Positions 40,761 through 46,035 of a DNA stretch of 46,035 bases are shown in pieces. Every line of letters starts with the position of its first letter. Position 1 is the stretch's first letter. The DNA comes from Fibrobacterales bacterium (GTDB lineage: Bacteria > Fibrobacterota > Fibrobacteria > Fibrobacterales > JAOPTW01). Where the stretch lies: positions 23,168-69,202 of the forward strand of contig JAOPTX010000004.1 in assembly GCA_051532055.1 (NCBI GenBank). Reading direction: 5' to 3'. The position numbers and the translations under genes were made by a program. The notes under the pieces were generated by a model, which was not told the DNA's origin, made no database searches, and saw nothing but the letters and a program-made list of their open reading frames with translations.

Positions 40761-41123
40761 GTTGGTAAGGATGCTTAAATGCCATTTGTATTTGTCTTCA
40801 TTGGTTTTTGAGGATATATATGTCTTTGAGGGTGGTTATTTCTGGCTGGCTCTAAATAATATTTGAAGACAAATAATTGATACTTTTTAATTATATAAGT
40901 TTATGTATTTATTGATGATAGACATATAACTGCTTCAAATTACTGTTTTTACCTCTTTTTAATAAAAATGAGTGTGGACAAAGCTTTCCATGAAATATGT
41001 TAAAAAAATGATGGGATACAGAGTTTTTTCGTGCGAAATGAATAGAATGAATCTACTTTATAGAGGCGAAAATAGAAAGTCATGGGGCTTTCAAACATTA
41101 ATCAATTGTTAGGGATAATATAT

Positions 41124-43391
41124 ATGAAAAAATTGAATAGAATTTTAATAATGCTTGTCGCGTTATTCATGTTTATTGCGACTCAAGGGTGCTCGGAAGA
41201 TCCAGTTAACCTAGACGAGAGTTCAGATGCAGGTTCTAATAGCAGTGAAGTTGCAGATTCTGATTCTGATACTGTAAGTTCTGGTGATAGTGCCGGTGAT
41301 TCTGCTGGCGGTGAGAGTAGCTCAGAATCAGATATAGGTGACTCTTCTGATAAGGAATCTACAGACTCTTCTATTGATACTGGTGGTGAGTCATCTGTTG
41401 ATACTGGTGGTGAGTCATCTGTTGATACTGGTGGTGATTCATCTTCTGAATCTTCAGCTGAATCATCAAGTATCTTTGTATCATCTTCAGATTATGCTAC
41501 TGAAATAGCTGAATGGCTTGGTAAGTTAACCATTGAGCAAAAAGTTGGACAAATGATTCAAGGTGCGTGGTTTAATTCACCTGATATTAATGCTGATTTA
41601 GAGACATATAGCTTGGGTTCTGTCCTTCATGCAAGTAAAGCTGCAGATGGTGCAGGTGCGGGTCCAGACCAGGATGTAGATTCTTGGGCTTCAACAATGG
41701 AAGGTCTTCAGGACGCAGCTCGTGGTACAAGCACCGGGATACCACTCATTATTGGTATTGATGCTGTTCATGGTAATGCATTTTTACCGAAATCTACAGT
41801 GTTCCCACATAATATTGGCCTTGGTGCAAGTAGAGATGCTGACCTTGTAAAAAGAATTGGTGTAGCCACTGCAGAGCAGGTTGTGGCAGGTGGAATGAAC
41901 CTTACTTTTGGTCCAGTTGCGAATATGTCTCAGCACGAATGGTGGGGACGTATGTATGAGTCATTTGGTGAATCAGAAGAAATAGTAACATCATTGACAG
42001 GGGCTATTATAGAGGGACTTCAAGGCTCAGATCTTTCAGCACCGAGTACAATTTCTGCATGTGCGAAACATTTTCTTGGTGATGGAGTTACAAACAATGG
42101 GCATGAGCGTGGTGATGCAACGATATCGGCTAGTGATATGGAAAAGCATTTAGCACCATACCAGGCAGCTATTGATCGTGGTGTTGGATGTGTAATGGCT
42201 GGGTTTACTCAGGTTAATGGATATCGTATGCACCATAATGAAGAGCTTCTCACTAAGCTTAAAGACGATATGGGTTTTGATGGAATGGTAATTTCTGATT
42301 GGAAAGGTTGGAGTATTGGCTATAACAGTGGCGATGATGGTGTAGATGAAAAAACACCACTCACGGTTGCTGATGCGGTAAATGCAGGGGTTGATATGTT
42401 AATGGCTGCTGATCCTCATCCTGATCAAGTACCATATCCTGTAACTGCACACCACTCACAGACGTATCAGGAACTGCTTGATGCGGTAAATGGTGGAGAT
42501 GTTTCAGAGGCGAGAGTTGATGATGCTGTGACCCGAATTCTTCGTCTTAAATATCGTCTTGGTCTTTTTGAAGGCACAGATGCTGGGCATTCATATCAAA
42601 GTAATATTGGTTCATCAGAATATAAAGAATTGGCAAGAGAAGCGGTGCAAAAAACAATTACTGTTTTGAAAAATGAAGGCGATGTACTTCCATTAGATAA
42701 ATCTCAAACATTTGTAGTGGTTGGGAAGCATGCTGATCATACAGGCCTAACCTCGGGTGGCTGGACTCGTTATTGGCAAGGAAATGATGGGAGTGGGGAA
42801 GAATTCAAAGCTGACCCCTATGCGACAAATATTTGGGAAAAGCTTGATGCTGGAACTACTATTCTTGATGGTGTAAAAGAAATTGCTGGATCATCAAATG
42901 TAACGTTTGATGAAGCTGGAGATGGATCTGGATCGGGTGATGTTGCTATCGTCGTTATAGGTGAATATCCTTATGCTGAATGGTTTGGTGATGAAGAGCC
43001 ATGTATTGGCGGTGGTGATATGTGGAGTGATGTTTGTGCAGATAGTGAACGTGCACATGCTGATCGAATGAGTTTTACTAGTGGTATGCTTGATGGTCAA
43101 AAAGATATGGTTGATGCATATGTTGCAAAAGATATGAAGGTTGTAGTAGTTGTTGTAACGGGTCGACCAATTCCATCTGATGATATTATTGATGATTCAG
43201 ATGCGTTTACGGTGGCATGGTTACCTGGATCAGAAGGTGCTGGTGTTGCTGATGTACTCTTTGGTGAGGCGCCTGCGACAGCGAAACTTCCCCATGCATG
43301 GATTAGTTCGCTTGAAGGCCTTCCCGTTACTGGTAGTGATGCTGCAGCGAAATTTCCTTTTGGACATGGACTAACATACGATGCAAAATAA
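41124..43391 (+). CDS. GH3 beta-glucosidase/exo-glucanase lipoprotein
   Basis: Signal MKKLNR...TQGC; Ser/Asp linker; GIDAVHG, FPHNIGLGA, ACAKHF.GDG, nucleophile ISDW, YAEWFGD and AWLPGSEG. Upstream alternative start 41082. Confidence 0.93.
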   Translation: MKKLNRILIMLVALFMFIATQGCSEDPVNLDESSDAGSNSSEVADSDSDTVSSGDSAGDSAGGESSSESDIGDSSDKESTDSSIDTGGESSVDTGGESSVDTGGDSSSESSAESSSIFVSSSDYATEIAEWLGKLTIEQKVGQMIQGAWFNSPDINADLETYSLGSVLHASKAADGAGAGPDQDVDSWASTMEGLQDAARGTSTGIPLIIGIDAVHGNAFLPKSTVFPHNIGLGASRDADLVKRIGVATAEQVVAGGMNLTFGPVANMSQHEWWGRMYESFGESEEIVTSLTGAIIEGLQGSDLSAPSTISACAKHFLGDGVTNNGHERGDATISASDMEKHLAPYQAAIDRGVGCVMAGFTQVNGYRMHHNEELLTKLKDDMGFDGMVISDWKGWSIGYNSGDDGVDEKTPLTVADAVNAGVDMLMAADPHPDQVPYPVTAHHSQTYQELLDAVNGGDVSEARVDDAVTRILRLKYRLGLFEGTDAGHSYQSNIGSSEYKELAREAVQKTITVLKNEGDVLPLDKSQTFVVVGKHADHTGLTSGGWTRYWQGNDGSGEEFKADPYATNIWEKLDAGTTILDGVKEIAGSSNVTFDEAGDGSGSGDVAIVVIGEYPYAEWFGDEEPCIGGGDMWSDVCADSERAHADRMSFTSGMLDGQKDMVDAYVAKDMKVVVVVVTGRPIPSDDIIDDSDAFTVAWLPGSEGAGVADVLFGEAPATAKLPHAWISSLEGLPVTGSDAAAKFPFGHGLTYDAK
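41376..41444 (+). repeat. 24-bp tandem repeat (DTGGESSV, about 3 copies) in the GH3 linker
   Basis: GATACTGGTGGTGAGTCATCTGTT twice plus a partial third copy. Confidence 0.9.
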
Positions 43392-43434
43392 TTAATATGA
43401 CATAACTCATATTTCAATAAGTATCTAAATATTT

Positions 43435-43464
43435 GGGCCACCTCTTTGATGAGGTGGCCCTTTT
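43435..43464 (+). terminator. Rho-independent terminator
   Basis: GGGCCACCTC-TTTGAT-GAGGTGGCCC-TTTT. Confidence 0.85.
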
Positions 43465-43707
43465 GGTTTATGCTGAATATCGATACTGTGGCTGTTTATA
43501 TGAGTTATGTATGACTCGTTGTCTAATAATCAGCTAAATCCCTGATTTAAAGCCGGTTTTACCGTTTTATATGTATTGGCGGGTCGGCATTAAATCTTAC
43601 TATCCGTAAGAGTTTAGTTGTTGAGCCTCTATAGGTGAATGTATACATTTATGGTACCATACAAACTTACTGCGCGAAATGCGTGGCACATATAAAAGAC
43701 ACAACAC

Positions 43708-45972
43708 ATGAAAAAATTGAATTCAGTTCTTATAATGCTAATCGCATTGTTTATGCTTATCATAGTCCAAGGGTGCGGTGACGCCGCGACAGAAGTTACG
43801 GATGAATCATCAAATGATGGCTCGCAAAGCAGTGAAGGGGTTTTGAGCTCTGATGTTGCGGCAGGGAGCTCTGATGAAGATGGGAGTTCATCGTCAATTA
43901 AAGATGATGACTCATCTGAGGAATCAAGTAATAGTGGTGATTCTTCATCTGATGGAGGCCCTGAATCGTCATCTGAGGAAGGTAGTTCATCGAGTGATGT
44001 AGAGCAGTCATCTAGTCAAGTTAGTTCTTCGGATAATGAAGATGATGTAAGCTCATCAGAAATGGGCAGTTTGGTATACCCTGTGTATACTCAAGATCCT
44101 GAGATAGAGAAAAAAGTATCCGATCTATTAGGACAAATGACCACTGAAGAAAAAGTTGGGCAGATGATTCAAGGAATATGGTTTCAATCTGATAATATCG
44201 AATCTGATATTAAAGACCTGTTTATGGGGTCACTTATTCATGCGAGCACTCCAAATGAAATAGGTGCTAATGATGCGGGAGCATGGGCTTCTAAATTTGA
44301 GTCACTTCAGAATGCTGCACGCCAAACGCGGTTAGGTATTCCACTCTTGATGGGTATTGATGCGGTTCATGGCAATGCATTTCTTCCCAAATCGGTTGTT
44401 TTTCCCCATAATATTGGCATGGGAGCAACGCGTAATGAGCAACTCGCCTATGATATTGGACAAGCTACAGCAAAAGCAGTTGCGGCTACAGGGATGCATT
44501 TGACCTTTGGGCCAGTTGCAAATATTTCAAATAATGAGAAGTGGGGGCGAATGTATGAGTCCTTTGGAGAAAATTCGGAAGAAATCGTAACTCCCATGAC
44601 TAAAGCAGTGGTTTATGGGTTGCAGGGTGATGACCTTGCAAATGCTGAAACTATTTCTGCATGTGCAAAACACTATTTTGGTGATGGTGTAGCAGCTGAT
44701 GGCCATGAGCGTGGTGAATCACAAATTGATGATTTTGGTCCACATTATGCTCCATACCAAGCTACTGTCGACATGGGGATTGGATGTGTTATGGCGGCAT
44801 TTACACAGGTAAATGGCAAACGTATGCATCATAATGAAACACAACTTGATTATTTGAAAAAAACTATGGGTTTTGATGGAATTGTTGTAACAGATTGGGT
44901 GGGCTGGACTGTAGGCTATGATAGCGAAGATAGATCAATTAAGTCTGCAGTTAATGCTGGTGTAGATTTGCTTATGGCGGCACAAGGAAAGAACGTTGAT
45001 CCAGGAAGTGAATCAACTGCACACCACACAGATGCGTATGAAATTTTATTGGGGCTGGTGGATAAGGGTGTGTCAATGGAGAGAATAGATGATGCGGTAA
45101 CTCGTATACTTCGTCTCAAGTATCGTCTTGGGCTTTTCGATGCAACAGATGCTGGTCATAAATATCAATCAGATGTTGGGTCAACTGCGCATAAAGAGCT
45201 TGCTCGTAAGGCTGTTCAAAAATCACTTGTCGTTGTGAAAAATGACGAAGTTGATGGTACAGCAATTTTACCTCTTAAAAAAGAAGGAAAAATAGTAGTA
45301 GTAGGTAAACATGCAAATAACACTGGTCTACAGTCAGGTGGATGGACTCGTTATTGGCAAGGAGTTGCAAATACTGCTGAATACAAGGATATAAATAACT
45401 CAACAACTATTTGGGAGAATCTTGATGGAGGTCAAACGGGTACTTCAATATATAAAGGTATTGAAGAAGTTGCTCAAGGGGCAACAGTTGTACTTGATGA
45501 AAATGGTAGTGGTATTGATGCCGATGTTGCTATTGTCGTTGTTGGCGAGTATCCTTATGCTGAGTGGTATGGTGATGATGACCGCTGTGGTGGTGCAAAT
45601 GGAGATATGTGGCAAAGTGTTTGTGACGGTGGGCGCGAGCGAGTTGGGCGTTTAGAGCTCTTTAAATATTACCCAGAACAAAAAGCATTAATTGATGCAT
45701 ATACCAGTAAAGATATTCCTGTAGTAGTAGTACTTGTTACAGGTCGGTTGTTACCTATTTCAGAGCAAATAGACGCAAGTACAGCAGTTGTGGTTGCATG
45801 GTTGCCAGGGTCAGAAGGTGCCGGGGTTGCTGATGTACTATTTGGAGATGCTCCTGCAACTGGTTTACTTCCCCATGCATGGCCTGATTCAGAGTCGGAT
45901 ATTCCTGTAGTAGGTGATGACTCTAAAGCTAAGTTTCCTTATGGTCATGGTATTACATATGGAGCAAAGTAG
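43708..45972 (+). CDS. GH3 beta-glucosidase/exo-glucanase lipoprotein (tandem paralog)
   Basis: Lipobox VQGC; GIDAVHG, CAKHY.GDG, VTDW, YAEWYGD and AWLPGSEG; collinear with 41124-43391. Confidence 0.93.
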   Translation: MKKLNSVLIMLIALFMLIIVQGCGDAATEVTDESSNDGSQSSEGVLSSDVAAGSSDEDGSSSSIKDDDSSEESSNSGDSSSDGGPESSSEEGSSSSDVEQSSSQVSSSDNEDDVSSSEMGSLVYPVYTQDPEIEKKVSDLLGQMTTEEKVGQMIQGIWFQSDNIESDIKDLFMGSLIHASTPNEIGANDAGAWASKFESLQNAARQTRLGIPLLMGIDAVHGNAFLPKSVVFPHNIGMGATRNEQLAYDIGQATAKAVAATGMHLTFGPVANISNNEKWGRMYESFGENSEEIVTPMTKAVVYGLQGDDLANAETISACAKHYFGDGVAADGHERGESQIDDFGPHYAPYQATVDMGIGCVMAAFTQVNGKRMHHNETQLDYLKKTMGFDGIVVTDWVGWTVGYDSEDRSIKSAVNAGVDLLMAAQGKNVDPGSESTAHHTDAYEILLGLVDKGVSMERIDDAVTRILRLKYRLGLFDATDAGHKYQSDVGSTAHKELARKAVQKSLVVVKNDEVDGTAILPLKKEGKIVVVGKHANNTGLQSGGWTRYWQGVANTAEYKDINNSTTIWENLDGGQTGTSIYKGIEEVAQGATVVLDENGSGIDADVAIVVVGEYPYAEWYGDDDRCGGANGDMWQSVCDGGRERVGRLELFKYYPEQKALIDAYTSKDIPVVVVLVTGRLLPISEQIDASTAVVVAWLPGSEGAGVADVLFGDAPATGLLPHAWPDSESDIPVVGDDSKAKFPYGHGITYGAK

Positions 45973-46035
45973 GATGACTTAAAAACTCTGGTACACTCCA
46001 CAAGAGTGTAAAGAGTAAAAATAAAAAAGGGTATG

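Noticed and set aside
41376..41444. 24-bp tandem repeats as CRISPR or mobile-element repeats
   Set aside because: No spacers; in-frame linker coding sequence.

Overview
AT-rich (roughly 40% GC by eye) bacterial chromosomal segment, most likely from a Fibrobacterota. This is inferred from two TIGR02147-family genes, a FISUMP/TIGR02145 domain, two fibro-slime proteins, Ser-rich linkers and T9SS-like C-terminal tails. The window is mainly a secreted and surface glycan-processing region: two intact GH5 enzymes, a CBM6-CBM6-GH5-GH5 protein whose two GH5 domains have lost catalytic glutamates, a beta-helix protein, an unclassified GH-like protein, two GH3 lipoproteins, two fibro-slime proteins and a cadherin-repeat protein. 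These are interspersed with small housekeeping or detoxification genes. No rRNA, tRNA, CRISPR array or transposase was recognised. The best leads are (1) the apparently dead tandem GH5 pseudoenzyme, (2) a repeated TIGR02147 regulator plus modular lipoprotein cassette with a conserved G..TxTxTxNT motif after the lipobox, (3) a candidate ~105-nt sRNA beside a perfect 16-bp palindrome, and (4) a GH3 gene collapsed to its two termini. All family assignments come from reading motifs by eye; no searches were run.
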